Assembly (NCBI GenBank): GCA_002269645.1
Contig: NIVC01002256.1
Location: 193,828 to 257,827, forward strand
Direction: 5' to 3'
DNA length: 64,000 nucleotides
Origin: Macrostomum lignano
Taxonomy: Eukaryota
A program made the translations under genes and the position numbers. Below, piece after piece: positions 29,801 through 45,603 of this stretch (position 1 is the first letter of the stretch; every line of letters begins with the position of its first letter). The notes below the pieces were generated by a model, which saw nothing but the letters and a program-made list of their open reading frames with translations, ran no database searches and was not told where the DNA came from.

Positions 29801-30127
29801 CGGCGTGGCACCGGCGCCGCTACTTGCAGCTGCAGACACCGAGAGAAAAGTCAGCAGCCGATTTTGCTCCAGTCGCATGTCGCGACACGCTGTAGGCAGG
29901 CCGGCTGGCAGTCGGTACGACTGGGACACCACAGCGGCCACCTCCGCCGCTGAAAAGTCTACTCGGCGACGCTCACGAACTCCAGTGACAGCGTTGTCGG
30001 CATAGTAGGCCATGTAACGGCACAGTCGAATGCCGCCTTTGCTGTCCGGGATGTTGTTGTTTACTGAGGAGTTGGTAGCCTCGGAAACAGTTAAATCAGG
30101 AGTTGGAGCTGCGGCAGTGTTGGCCAT
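26326..30127 (-). CDS. Inhibitor-of-apoptosis (IAP/BIRC) protein with 2 BIR domains, a UBA-like segment and a C-terminal RING; exons 30127-29721, 28294-27976, 27312-26326
   Basis: BIR1: MRLEQNRLLTF..AEGLYFTG..LR|CAFC..ESPTQCHSRDRPECP. BIR2: LAAKSGF..CRCYAC..PWLLHARLSPTCPHLLRERGSAFV. RING: CRLC..CLLPCSHRSLCPAC..CPVC, ending near the C-terminus as in IAPs. Introns are phase 2 and 0 with GT-AG ends. The frame stays open 87 nt upstream to an acceptor at 30215. Confidence 0.85.
27328..27935 (+). repeat. ~19-bp minisatellite (GTGTCGGTGGCAGATTTGTTTA-like) in IAP intron 2
   Basis: Tandem copies with variants. Confidence 0.93.
28310..29575 (+). repeat. 23-bp minisatellite (CTAGACTAAATTGGGCGATTTTT) in IAP intron 1
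   Basis: Tandem copies. Confidence 0.96.
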
Positions 30128-31684
30128 AGACAGTAGATGGTCGATGATTGCCCTGTGTCTTTGATTTGGCCGGCAGCCTTCCAGTTGAAATAGGCTGCAT
30201 TGAGAGCCGATTTCCTGTCGGAATTAGAAAATTTGTGTTTTAGCCAATAGTTGCAAAGATAGACTATAACAAAACCCTTATTTTACATAAAAAAATTTTG
30301 GCCCTTTATTCATTGACAACAATTATGTAGGAACGAATTATAAATAATAATAGTTACACACCTGAGCGATGGCTGCACATTTAAACCTGTAATATGCATT
30401 AGTTTCATTAGATAAAGCAGCTCTTTCAAGCTCATTCAAATAGTTTTGAAGGTGCTTTGCAGAACTTTGATTCTGCCATGTGGTTCCTACTAATAGTTCA
30501 GGAGAATTCATGGGCAAGAAATGAATTACCAACGTCTAGTAATATAATTATCAAAAAGGTTATAGCGGTACTACAAGTAATGATTTTCAAAACATTTGCT
30601 TTTATTGACTGAAATGTGTAATCACCTAATATTATATGCTTTTATAACGTTTTATCTTTTTATTTTTATATTTTTTCAAATGTAATAGGAATCTAGTGGA
30701 GACGTGTTAGTTCCTTGTTTTACATGATATTTCTTAGTATAGTTTGCTTTAATTTTGTGCGATCCAACGCAGTATAATAAATTCTACTGCTTTAAATAGC
30801 ATATTAGTCTTAAAAAACAACTGTTAAAGTTTTAAAATGTTTTAGAACTTCTATATTCTTTTCACTTAAATTTTTTCTTCTCGGAGTTTAAAAGTAAATA
30901 CGTATTTGAATTTGCACTAATTTTCCTTATAGTTCGTGCATGGCCTGGCTGGCCTGGTTCGTCCGGTCTACGTCGCCCGTCGCCGTCGTCGTCGTATTTG
31001 ATTTGACTGTTAATAATTTGGTATATTAACTATAATATGTCATGTATGCAGATTGCAGATTCTGCACGTCTGTCGTTTTTCATCAAAAAATTACCATTAA
31101 AATTGCACTAAAATAAAGCAATCTTTTATACAAGTCAATTACTAGGGCCTAGGACTTTGAGTAGGCCTATGCCAATGCCGCCTATTGTATTAGGCCTAGG
31201 GCCTACTATAAATTTTAATAAATCAAATGTGCTGTAACCTGTAACCTTTTTATTCCAGAACCATTAGGGCCTATGTCAATTTCTTGAAACAATTAAAGTA
31301 AAGAGAAATTATTAAATATTTTACTCATGCAGTCTTATACTCTTATTATCAGTTGGTACATGATAGATTAAGGTTGGCTTCCAGTCAATCTAGCAACAAG
31401 ACGATTTGGCAATAGACAATCTGCCAACAGTCAAATTAGCAAAAGAGAATCTGGCAACAGATTTTGTATTGTAGATTTTACAGATTTTAAATACAAACAA
31501 AACTTTACATAAACAGTTTTTAATTTAACATGTAGATATTTTACTTCTTTAGGATGGCCAGTATCTTTTCTAATAAAAATGGTACATTATGGCTATACTT
31601 CTGCTATAATTTAGAGTGTCACATCAAAAATTTTATTTTAATAATGTATTTGATTATATAATATGCATGTGGCATTTAGTAAAA

Positions 31685-34600
31685 ATAAAGTGTCGTAGGG
31701 CTTACTTCTGTCCTCCAACTATACCACAGTTAAGCCACCAAATTTGTACTAGGCCTTTTAGTTCTCTCTAGAAAATCTCAACCGCTGATACCAAGTTGTG
31801 CTAGGTGTGGACTGTGTGGTTCCCTTCCGATACAAAATCCCACTAATTGCCACCAGCTATGACAGGTTTTCAATTTCCCTCTATTAAATTTATACTGCTG
31901 ATACTAAATTCTGCCTTTAGTATTTCTAACTGTTTCTTAGAATTTCATTTGAATATGAGGTGAGGGTGGAGAAGATTTTCTATGGCAACCTTACAAAATT
32001 AATTTGAATGATGGGGTTTCTTCAAAAACGGTCAGCGTTGTTTTCGCACAAATTAAACCAGAGACTCGCGCAGACAAAGCACAATGAAATTTCTTCTCCT
32101 TTACTATGACTGCTGGGTTCTCAAGTCCAGGGGGAGGGTAGTTGTAATCGTAGCGGAGCAGTCGTAGAGCGGCACGGTCGTTCAGTTGTAGGAACTCGGG
32201 AGATTCTGTCTCCGTAAATTGATGCGTCGATGTATTGAACTCATTATTGTCAGTAGGGTAGTTGCTGCCACCACCATAATTTACGTATTACGGAACGAAT
32301 AGAGTCTCAGAGCTTTCTTTGAGTTAAGACTAATTGGTTATTTTATGCCCCATGGACAAATGACTCAAGATAAGTTATGGCAATGTCAACGGATAAATAG
32401 TAGTTATTGATTAACTTGTCGACGTTATTTATTGGTTATATTATAGGTGTTGTTAGATTATTTATATTATCAGCAGGTGTTGAGTTATTACTTGTGCACA
32501 AGGATTCTTTCAGGCGGCGACATATAGACAATCGACCGAGCAACAAGACAAAATGAGCAGCGAGTTATAGAAAGCAGGACAAGATTAATACCAAATAAAC
32601 AACTTAAACAGGAAAGGTTTTATTTGAAAATCATCGCAGCAGAACTGCAGTTTATATAAGAAAAATTATTAAACTCAATTTAGGGATGGCGGTTGGGACG
32701 GATAGCTGGGCTACAGGGTGGGCGAACATATGGGCAGCCAGATGGACAAATTGAACACATAGCATTGGATAGCAAAATGGCATAGATCAACAAAAGGAAA
32801 AATCGCTTCAATGGCAGGGCAACCCAAAGGGACAACAATGGGAAGCACAAGGGCAACGTTGGGAAAGTATAATGCAGCACAACTGTTGGAAAATCAAATA
32901 AAAAAAATTCCAGTAATTGGGCATCAATTTAAATGGAAAATTATTATTATTAAAGTTTAAAGTATCAAAGTTTTGTGGCAACCTGCCTGCCACAAATATA
33001 CTGGTAGCGTTTTTATGTGTTAGTCTGGTAGCTTCTTATGTATTAGTCTGGAAGCGACTTATGTATATGGCCTGAGCGGTCCTACTGGTATATGTACTTT
33101 CTCTCTCCAGTCTGGGCATTACCGTGATTAGAGGGTCACAGCGATTACTCTTGGTATTGATACCCTTTGCATGAATTCCTAATTCTGACTTCCAATACTT
33201 TTAGAATAAAATGAGCAATGATCTGAGAATGGTTTATTGAACACGTTTTGAGCTTATAGCTAGCAAACGAGTTATTTTTCCTATCTCCAACTTCGCTCCT
33301 ATTTATACCATCTTGACTGTGTATATTTATAATAAACGTAGAATATTAAGAATATTTCGCAAATTAAAACAAAACATAGTTTTCGCGTAATTTTAGAAAT
33401 AAGGTTTCCTAGAAAACAGTAACCGCTTCTACAAAAGGATGCATCAATTTTATGCAGTTTCCTATTTTTTAAAACAATTTTATCATTATAAGAAAGAAAA
33501 TAAGCTGTTGAAACCTGCACATTTCAAACTAACCTACATTTCTCCTATCCAATTATAATTTTTAATCTTTAGAACTATTTTTGCATATTCTATTAAAATA
33601 AATATTTATTATTAATATAATAGAGCCTAACAATAATAACAGTTATAAGTAATTGTAACAATTAAAGCTCTCTAATGTTTAAATGCCAATAGCCAATTTA
33701 TATATATATGAACATATATTTAGCTTTTTTTACAACTTGTTATTAGATTGAATATGGCATTGTTGCTAGATTGTCTATTGCTAGATCATCCTATTGCCAG
33801 ATTGACTGGATACCATTAGGTCTTATTACTATTAGCCTATACTTAATTCTTAAATAGGCTAATATAACTTTTGATTGAAAGCCTTGCCTTAAGTAAAGAT
33901 AGGCCCCTAAGGCCTATTCAATTAGAATGTCAAATAAATTCAATAATGGGCAATGGCAATAGTTGTTTTAGTTATTATCAGTTCTTTTAACCATTCTTTC
34001 ATTTGCTAAATTATAACATAGGCCTAGTCATTTGTTTTGTTTACTATAAAATATTTATAATATGCTGTTAGTATTAGGCCTAAGTGTTAAGGAAATATCT
34101 TTATAAACAATGCTTATTCCCATAGTTATATATTTTATATTATCTTTACACCATATTTTTTTGAATAATTGCATAGTGCACATACTTCATAGGCCTTGTA
34201 TTGACCTATGCTAACTTTCCATACCATATTCAATATAAATATTTTATTTTAGAAACTTCTGTAAATACTACTTTATTTTCTATATTAGACAATTTAAATT
34301 CCCATATGTATGCTTCTTATTCAAATTGACTTGATACAAATGTCAGGAATTAAATGCTGTTTGAGCGAGTATAAATTGCAATATATGTCGTAGGGCTCCG
34401 TCTCTCTATATAATTTCAACCGCTGACACCAAAGTTGTCGTAGGGGTGTTCCCGTACGACACAAAATCCTACCGCTGTAACCAAAGTTGTCGCAGGGGTA
34501 ACTTCTGTCCCTACAAATGATTTCACCGCTGTCACTAAGTTGTTGCGGGGGTTATTCCTTCTTGTTAATATTGCTGGTTATTACTTGCCTTTTACTCGTA

Positions 34601-35710
34601 GTGCATGTACTTTTATTGGTAGTGTATGTACTTCTATTGGTAGCGTCTGTACTTCTATTGGTAGCGTCTGTACTTCTATTGGTAGCGTATGTACTTTTAT
34701 TGTACTTTCTGGCCTGAGCGGTCCCTTTAGGCACTGTCTACCTATTCCTATATTCCTCTAAAGATATTATTCTCTCAGTCCTGGGCGTTCCCGGGATCAG
34801 AGGGTCACAGCACACTTTGCTGGGTATTCTGCCCTGAGGCGGGTTTCTCAGACTCTGAGTCTGGACTTCTCTACCCTGTGGTAGGATTTCTGCCTTTCTA
34901 AAGGCAGGTTACTAGACTTCTAAGTCTAGGATTTCTCGTTCTCTGAGAATGGACTAAGTTTCTCCCAATTTGGGGATCCTAATGCTGCTAAATAACTAAG
35001 TCAATAAGTATTAATCAAGCTTCAATTTTAGGATACTAGAACAGTTTAAGCTTTGAAGCCATGCAATGAGGCGAGTTGCTCTCCTTCAGTTTCAGCTCGT
35101 GTATTTATACTCCTCTCTTAGTTCATTTTAAACAAATAACATTTCATAATATTTATAATATTTACAATACTACTAATATTATACGCATTAAAACAAAAAT
35201 AGTCTAATTTCAAACGTACTACTTTCTAAGAAACAGCAATCGCTAAGTGAAATATATATTTCACTATCATATATTTGTAATAGTGAAATAGGGGTGAAAA
35301 AAAATTTTTGGCAGCCTAGTTGGCTAACACCAAATTGGAACAGTTCTAACTTTTGAATTTCTGCTGGCATTGGGTTTGAACAAATAAATCTAGAAAATCA
35401 TACAGACAAATCCTAACAAAATTTTTCCTATTTTACTCTGGCTGCCAGGGTCCTTAATTCTGGGAGGAAGGTAGTTGTAATTATAGACAAGTGGTCTTTG
35501 TTAGGCTCAGTCATTCAGAGCAGGTCCTTAGACACCAAAATTAATGTTCATTGAAATGCTTAGCTGATTATTATCAGTAGTGTAGCACTGCCACCATTGT
35601 AATTTATGTATTACAGAACAATGATAACAAAGCTTTCTTTAAGATAAGAACTTGGTTATTTTATGCCCCACAGGCAAATGACTTAAGATAGGCTATGGCT
35701 TCATTTAATT
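31685..35710. mobile_element. Fragments of a decayed interspersed repeat, present as two diverged and rearranged copies
   Basis: Similar block pairs: ~31690-31860 with ~34385-34550; ~32120-32420 with ~35440-35710; ~33000-33310 with ~34590-35110. Family not identified. Confidence 0.5.
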
Positions 35711-35795
35711 AATAAGTTTAGTTGAAGGTTATTAAAATTTATTAAGAGCAAAACTTAAAATATTAACTAGATTAAGCAAAGGTGACTTATTATTA

Positions 35796-36583
35796 GGCTC
35801 ATTCCATATAAGCATGGTCGTAACATGACAGGCTATTTTTACTTATAAAATGAAATATAATAATAGAATATACTAAACCAATATTTTAAATGAAAGATAA
35901 TTTTGTCAAAAATATTTTTATAGAGTTTCATGTAGATATCATCATTACTATAGATGCTATTAAACCTTGAATGGCACTTATGGTCGTAACAACAGGATTT
36001 TTGACATATAGAAACTAAAAGGTAAAAGTCTTATAACATTTTTATTTTTGATATTTTGCAATACATTTTTAAAAATTTGACTAAGAACATCTTTAGTAAT
36101 CATACTCTTTTTGTAGAATATATAAACTCAAAAAGGCAACAAAGATACAAAAGAAAAGGCAGCCTTATGGTCGTAACATTATGGTCGTAACATATTTTTT
36201 TCTGTCAATTCAGTAACTTTGAGGTACCAATATATTAAAAATATAATAGATTATTTGGTCACCAATACTTTTATCTGATGATGCAAGTACTATACTTTTA
36301 TCTATAGTTTGTTTCAACCTTCCAAAGCTTTCTATTTGTTTTTAAAAGGTACACAAACTTATTGATGTCTTTTGCTTAGAAAAATGTCTAAATTTTTACA
36401 AAAATGACTTTTTGCCACTTGATAGCATACTAATCTAACATTTTATCATTCATTTATTCTTAGATTGTAGATATTACACATAAAAAAACATTTGGTAAAA
36501 AAAATGGCTGATAAGGCAATGGCAAGCAAAAATATTGACTTTTTTCTATTTTCCAAAAATGTCCATCTTATATGGAATGAGCC
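35796..36583. mobile_element. MITE, 788 bp, 17-bp perfect TIRs, 4-bp ATTA TSD
   Basis: GGCTCATTCCATATAAG at 35796-35812 and CTTATATGGAATGAGCC at 36567-36583; ATTA on both flanks. Internal motif ATGGTCGTAACA occurs 4 times. Confidence 0.7.
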
Positions 36584-36699
36584 ATTATGATGGTGATTGG
36601 TGACTCTACTAGTAGACAATAACCTGCAGCACCACATGCGCACTCATAAGTGTTAATTTGAAATCAAGTGCAAGCTAACAGGCTCAAGTCAAACTAAAA

Positions 36700-38900
36700 G
36701 GATTTCTAAGAGTTAAAGTAGTAAAACCAATTAAATTGTTCAGCAGAAAGAAGAAGAAAAAGGAAGGTAGACAGGATAGGAAGGCATAAAATTGAGCAAC
36801 GCTAGTAAGCACCATTAAATAAAAGTTAGAGAGCAGAAAGTGGACAAAGGAGGACAAAGCATGGATGCCAAAAACCAAAACACGGAAACAAAATTTTACT
36901 GTAGAAAAACAAAGGAAAGGAAAAAAATAACTAGACAGAAGACATACAAAACCAGGAAAATGAGCAAGGAGGCCAAGCCTAGGAACCAAGAATATGACAA
37001 AATTTCGTCGAAGGAAGCACCTTATGATGGACAGATTGGGCCAACCTGGGTAATAGAAAAAGAGGGGAAGATCACATGGGTCATTCTGAAATTATTAATA
37101 GTAAATTGAAAATAAGAAAATTAAATTGTTAGTGATAGTCCCCACTACCACAGGCTTGGGGAAGCCGTACTGATGAAAAGAAAATGGATCTCTTGGTCCT
37201 CAATGGTATCCTTGTTGCTGGGCTGGGGCTTGGCCTCCTTGGTTAGCTAGCTGAGTGCCGCAGGTTGGACCATTGTCCATGGCAGTCAAGCCAGCTGTTG
37301 GCAGGGCTGATGTTGACTACGCTTTGGCCTTGGCTGAGCTAGCAATCTAGGCACACTCACAGAGCTGCTCTAGCAAGTGCACAAACTGGCAGGTGATCAA
37401 GTGGTCAATAGTCACAGCAAGCAGGGTGCAGCATAGCCAAAGCTGCTGGCCTTTGGTCTTAGAGCCAAGTTGGGCTGCAGTTGAGACGGCTGCTATCTCA
37501 ATGGCTAAATCCACTGCTGCCAGGTTGTACTGCTGGGCCAGCTGCGACCAGTTTTTGCAGTTGCTAGATGTCAGCAACTGATGCCAGCCTCTCCTTTACT
37601 TCTAGCAACAATAGCTTGGCAAGCTAAAAGGCAATCTCCTCCAGTTCACTTGTTGGGGCGCCAAGGGGCTCTATCGGGAAGCTGCCAGCATATCGGAGCT
37701 AGACCTGCTAGTCCACATTGCAGGCAGTGGAGGCAGTGTGAGGTGGTGGTTGGGCTCTAGCAGTCATATAGAGTCCGGCTCAGGGGCCAGCGGGAAGGTG
37801 TGCAACATGGTCCATGAGGCCGTTGAGCCAAGGGCCAGGCATATACAGAGCCTCCAAGGGCTTGGGATAGCCATTGGCTAGGTCCATTGTGTCTATCAGG
37901 ACCAGGTCAAGTGATTCGCAGCCTCCACTCACTATCACTCTATCAGGTTGTTGTCTTCAACTGGTTGCTGCATAGTGATGTCGCTTGGGCGAGCAGTCGC
38001 AGCAATAGCAGATAAGCAAAAGGGACCAATGTACAAAGGGATTTATAAACAATTTGGGCTTAGTAGACAATGAATGCAATATAGATTAATTATACAGCTT
38101 GTCACAGAAGTTAAATCAGAGTTAACAAATTCACAATCTGCGCTGTGTCCTTTTCGCCAATATCGTTGAGATGAATGACTGGTGGCCCATTGTCTTGGAT
38201 TTCTAATTGCTCATAAAATGCTAATAAATTCCCTTTGTCTCTTGTCATGTAGGTTGATCACCATAGCAATGGCAGAGTCAGCACACTGATGGATCTGGAG
38301 CTCCTCGCAGGTGACTGGCCTTGGGATATGATCTGTTAGATTCAGAGTTCAGCGTCTGTCAGTAGGATTTGTTGGTGCAGCTTTGGCTGTTGTGGCATGG
38401 TTTGGGGTCTGGAGCTCCCTCTGCATGATTGCTACTTAGACCAGTTGCCAGATTGTTGTTGTGTCCGAAGGTTGTTCCTCCTCAATAGCTTCGGTGTCAC
38501 TGTCATTAGGTTTAGATTTGTCAGCAGATGATGATGATGAGGCATCTGAGCTGTCAGCATTGCTGCTGAACCTCACTTTCTTCTTGAACTTACCTGGTAG
38601 GGCAGCAAGTGGGTTGGCAGCAGTTATCTCTGGCTGCACTGTGGTTGCTGTCTGTGTCACATTCAGCTAGTAGTTGGCAGCTCCTAGTATGAACCACTTT
38701 TCATTGGTTTGGGATATTAGATTCTGGGCTCAATTGTTGGGGCAAACTAGGGGAGCTGAGGAGATAAAGCAAGAGAGGGAAAGGAAGGCAGCAAGCTTAG
38801 GGAGCAGGCAGAAAAAGGGAGGCAAGGCTAAGCTTCATTCACACCAAATGTTGGAATATATGTTATTTCTATAATGCATTTGATTGATGTTTGTTATATG
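36700..38900 (-). mobile_element. Possible decayed retroelement (gag-like) remnant
   Basis: GC-elevated block with codon-like composition on the minus strand, interrupted by stops, with low-complexity charged stretches. No diagnostic domain recognised. Confidence 0.25.
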
Positions 38901-39678
38901 CAATAGGATCTTTATTGCTACACAAGCATGTGTTATACTTTCCTGATAGAAAAACCATCTAAAATTGCATTAGGCTAAAATAGCATTCAGGCATAACATG
39001 CTTGCCTTAAATTAAGATCATTTTATTGGAATCAAGAATATTCTGCCAAGCACGTTATAAATATATGCCAAGCACTCAGCCAATAACTAAGTGTCCTTTT
39101 GGTTCGTTTTCTTACTTATTCCTCTTAGCCAAATATCTTTAAACAAACAGCTACTTTCATGCCTCATTTATTTAAATTACATCCTAGATCCTAGGCCTAA
39201 TAAGAAAATAAATATTTAGACTTGTAATTCCATACAATATATAATTCTTGACTATCATAGTGTCACATCATCTACTTATCATCTTAATGTATGGCCATGT
39301 GAATGCTAATTCAAGTAAAAAAAATTAGATAATTTTTGCTCTCTTAGCTTTCTTTCTTGTACATTGTTGTATATGAAAGGGCCTGTCAGCTGAAGCTCAT
39401 AGAGTGGAGCCCCAGTAACCTATGTACACAAATCATACACCATTCTGCTCAGTGACACCATTAAGCTGGATTTGGCAAAATGTTACAAAAATTAGACCTA
39501 GGATATGAGAGAACAAGCAAGCCGACAATTAGGGACTCCACCTTATGAGCTTAAGTTTACATAATAGTCCCTAATTATCCTCTTGCTTGACTTGTGCATT
39601 TAGCACAGACATCTGCTGCTTTTCAAAATTGGCACCTTTACTTTTAACAAAAAACCCTATGATACCTACTGTAAGTAG

Positions 39679-42329
<2,651 letters not shown>

Positions 42330-42469
42330 TGAGACTAATGCTCCGGTTCTGCTGGATTTTCCTGTGTTTGACTCCTGTTGTTTAGCGAATTTTCAATCGC
42401 CTATTTATTTCTTTTTAATTACCTATTGTCACCTGATTCCTAGCCTCTCAGCTCCTTCATCAATCAATT

Positions 42470-42890
42470 CCCAGCATCTCATCATCAGATCTCCAGCCTC
42501 CTCACCTGCCTCATCAGATCCCAGTCTCCGTCTCCTTTATTAAATCGCAGCCTCACAGCCTCCCATCTCCATCATCAGATCTCCAGTCTCCAATCTCCCT
42601 CATCAGATCTCCAGCCTCCAATCTCCCTCATCAGATCTCAGCCTCCCGTCTCCATTAAATCAGATCCCCAGCCTCCCATCCCCTCATGAGATCCCAGCCT
42701 TCCATCTCCTCCATCAGATCGCAGCCTCCCATCTCCTCCATCAGATCGCAGCCTCCCATCCCGTCATCAGATCCCAGCCTCCCATCCCCTCAGCAGATCC
42801 CAGCTTCCCATCTGCCTCATCAGATCTCAGCCTCCCATCTTCCTCATCAGATCCCAGCCTCCCATCTTCCTCATCAGATCCCTAGCCTCC
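42470..42890 (+). repeat. ~24-bp degenerate minisatellite (CATCAGATCCCAGCCTCCCATCTC) 3' of RBBP4
   Basis: Diverged tandem copies. Confidence 0.85.
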
Positions 42891-43654
42891 AATAAAAAAT
42901 TGAATTCGTAATTGCACCTGCAATTATTTATTTCATTGCTGCATGCTCCTGTCACTTATTATCTGACTGTCTCGTTAATTGTTGTCTAATTTTTAACGAC
43001 TCTTTGCTACAAATACTACTTGTATGCGCATGAGTAGCCACTGTTTTCAATTGCAGCCGTCTTTTTTATTTATTAATTTACAAACTAGCAAGTCTCGCAC
43101 TCAGTTAGGCGTATCAAATGCTTTATTGTGTCTGTGCATTTGTTTATCTGGCTCGCGTCCCATCCTGGCCCGTTGATGTATTTAAATTCAATAAAATTTG
43201 TTTTTATTTTCAATAGACTTTACTGTAAGTAGCAATATGCTAATATAGTGTGTTTTTTATTCGATATCTAAAACACGCAGTCGTGTTAAGCTTTAGTGTC
43301 ATCTTGTATCGGCCTGCAGTGCTCCCGGTTTTGTGCTGAATGCTAATTAGCGTTGTTTTTAATATGCAAATGCCATCAGCAACTTCAATGTATTTCTGTT
43401 CCTTAACTGAAACTATTGCAAATTATTTATTAATAATAATGATGATTTATAAATTCGACTTGGGTGCCGATTATTCTCGCATTCGGGAGTGTTGAAATTT
43501 AAGTAATACTCGATTCGTTTGTTTGGGTTTATGACTTGTAAGATTTTTTATAACTTGAAGTTTGTGGGGTTGCTCATCGCCCTCATACCTATTCTGTCCG
43601 CTATTGGTCATCGCCCTCACCTCTTCTGTCCACTGTTGGTCATCGGTCATCGAG

Positions 43655-44550
43655 TCCTCATGACACACTGAGTCCTCATGACGCACCGAGTCCTCATGAC
43701 ACACTGAGTCCTCATGACGCACCGAGTCCTCATGACACACTGAGTCCTCATGACGCACCGAGTCCTCATGACACACTGAGTCCTCATGACGCACCGAGTC
43801 CTCATGACACACTGAGTCCTCATGACACACTGAGTCCTCATGACACACTGAGTCCTCATGACACACTGAGTCCTCATGACGCACTGAGTCCTCATGACGC
43901 ACCGAGTCCTCATGACACACTGAGTCCTCATGACACACTGAGTCCTCATGACGCACCGAGTCCTCATGTCACACTGAGTCCTCATGATGCACTGAGTCCT
44001 CATGACGCACCGAGTCCTCATGACACACTGAGTCCTCATGACACACTGAGTCCTCATGACACACTGAGTCCTCATGACACACTGAGTCCTCATGACACAC
44101 TGAGTCCTCATGACACACTGAGTCCTCATGACGCACTGAGTCCTCATGACGCACCGAGTCCTCATGACACACTGAGTCCTCATGACGCACCGAGTCCTCA
44201 TGACACACTGAGTCCTCATGACACACTGAGTCCTCATGACATACTGAGTCCTCATGACATACTGAGTCCTCATGACACACAAGTAGTCCTGATGACACAC
44301 ACTGAGTGCTGATGACACACACTGAGTGCTGATGACACACACTGAGTGCTGATGACACACACTGAGTCCTGATGACACACACTGAGTGCTGATGACACAC
44401 ACTGAGTGCTGATGACACACACTGAGTGCTGATGACACACACTGAGTCCTGATGACACACACTGAGTCCTGATGACACACACTGAGTGCTGATGACACAC
44501 ACTGAGTCCTGATGACAAACTGAGTGCTGATGACACACACTAAGTCCTGA
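43655..44550 (+). repeat. 18-bp minisatellite (GAGTCCTCATGACACACT) grading into a 20-bp variant (GAGTGCTGATGACACACACT)
   Basis: Tandem copies; unit change near 44290. Confidence 0.96.
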
Positions 44551-44684
44551 CATTTTATATAAGTAATATTGGCATTCACTCCTATTAACATCTATCAATA
44601 GTAGATTTTTTTCAGCGCCGGAACTAAGTAAAGCAGGAACGCGAAATTCAACAACACGAGGCAAATTATTGTATATTTATTTAG

Positions 44685-45500
44685 GATCTATTGTAGATCT
44701 ATCGAAGATCCATTGAGGATCTATTGTGGATCTATTGTAGATTTATTGAGTATCTATTGAAGATCCATTGAGGATCTATTGTGGATCTATTGTAGATTTA
44801 TTGAGTACATGTATCTATTGAAGATCTATTGAGGATCTATTGTGGATCTATAGTAGATTTATTGAGGATCTATTTTAGATCTATCGAAGATCTATTGTGG
44901 ATCTATTGTAGATTTATTGAGGATCTATTGTAGATTTATCGAAGATCTATTGAGGATCTATTGTAGATTTATCGAAGATCTATTGAGGATCTATTGTAGA
45001 TTTATCGAAGATCTATTGAGGATCTATTGTAGATTTATCGAAGATCTATTGAGGATCTATTGTAGATTTATCGAAGATCTATTAAGGATATATTGTAGAT
45101 CTATCAAAGATCTATTGTAGATCTATCGAAGATCTATTGAGGATCTTTTGAGGATCTATTGTAGATTTATCGATGATCTATTGAGGATCTATTGTAGATC
45201 TATCGAAGATCTATTGTAGATCTATTGAGGATCTATTGTAGATCTATCGAAGATCTATTGAGGATCTATTTTAGATCTATTGAGGATCTATTGCAGATCT
45301 ATTGAGGATCTATTGTAGATCTATCGATGATCTATTGAGGATCTATTTTAGATCTATTGAGGATCTATTGCAGATCTATTGAGGATCTATTGTAGATCTA
45401 TCGATGATCTATTGAGGATCTATTTTAGATCTATTGAGGATCTATTGCAGATCTAGTTAGGATCTATTGTGTATTTACTGAGGATCTATTGTAGATTTAT
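44685..45500 (+). repeat. 11-bp-based minisatellite (GATCTATTG(A/TA)..)
   Basis: Tandem copies with 33-bp higher-order blocks. Confidence 0.93.
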
Positions 45501-45603
45501 TGTACTGTTTCCGTTTACAATTTTAGAGTAAAAAATGATTTGTTTCTACAAAATCAAGTCGCCATTAAATTCTTCAAAGGTTTGACTGCAAGTCATCAGT
45601 CGG

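Noticed and set aside
37550-37900. Reverse-transcriptase-like motifs (DLANGY, PLGAPTS, VADI) on the minus strand
   Set aside because: Matches are short, there is no YxDD, and stops intervene; equally compatible with gag-like or random sequence.
43471-44664. His/Cys-rich (HEDSVC/R)n and (VMRTQC)n ORFs suggesting a metal-binding protein
   Set aside because: An 18-bp unit gives long ORFs automatically; several frames are open at once, unit variants are CpG transitions, and no supported splice or start context was found.
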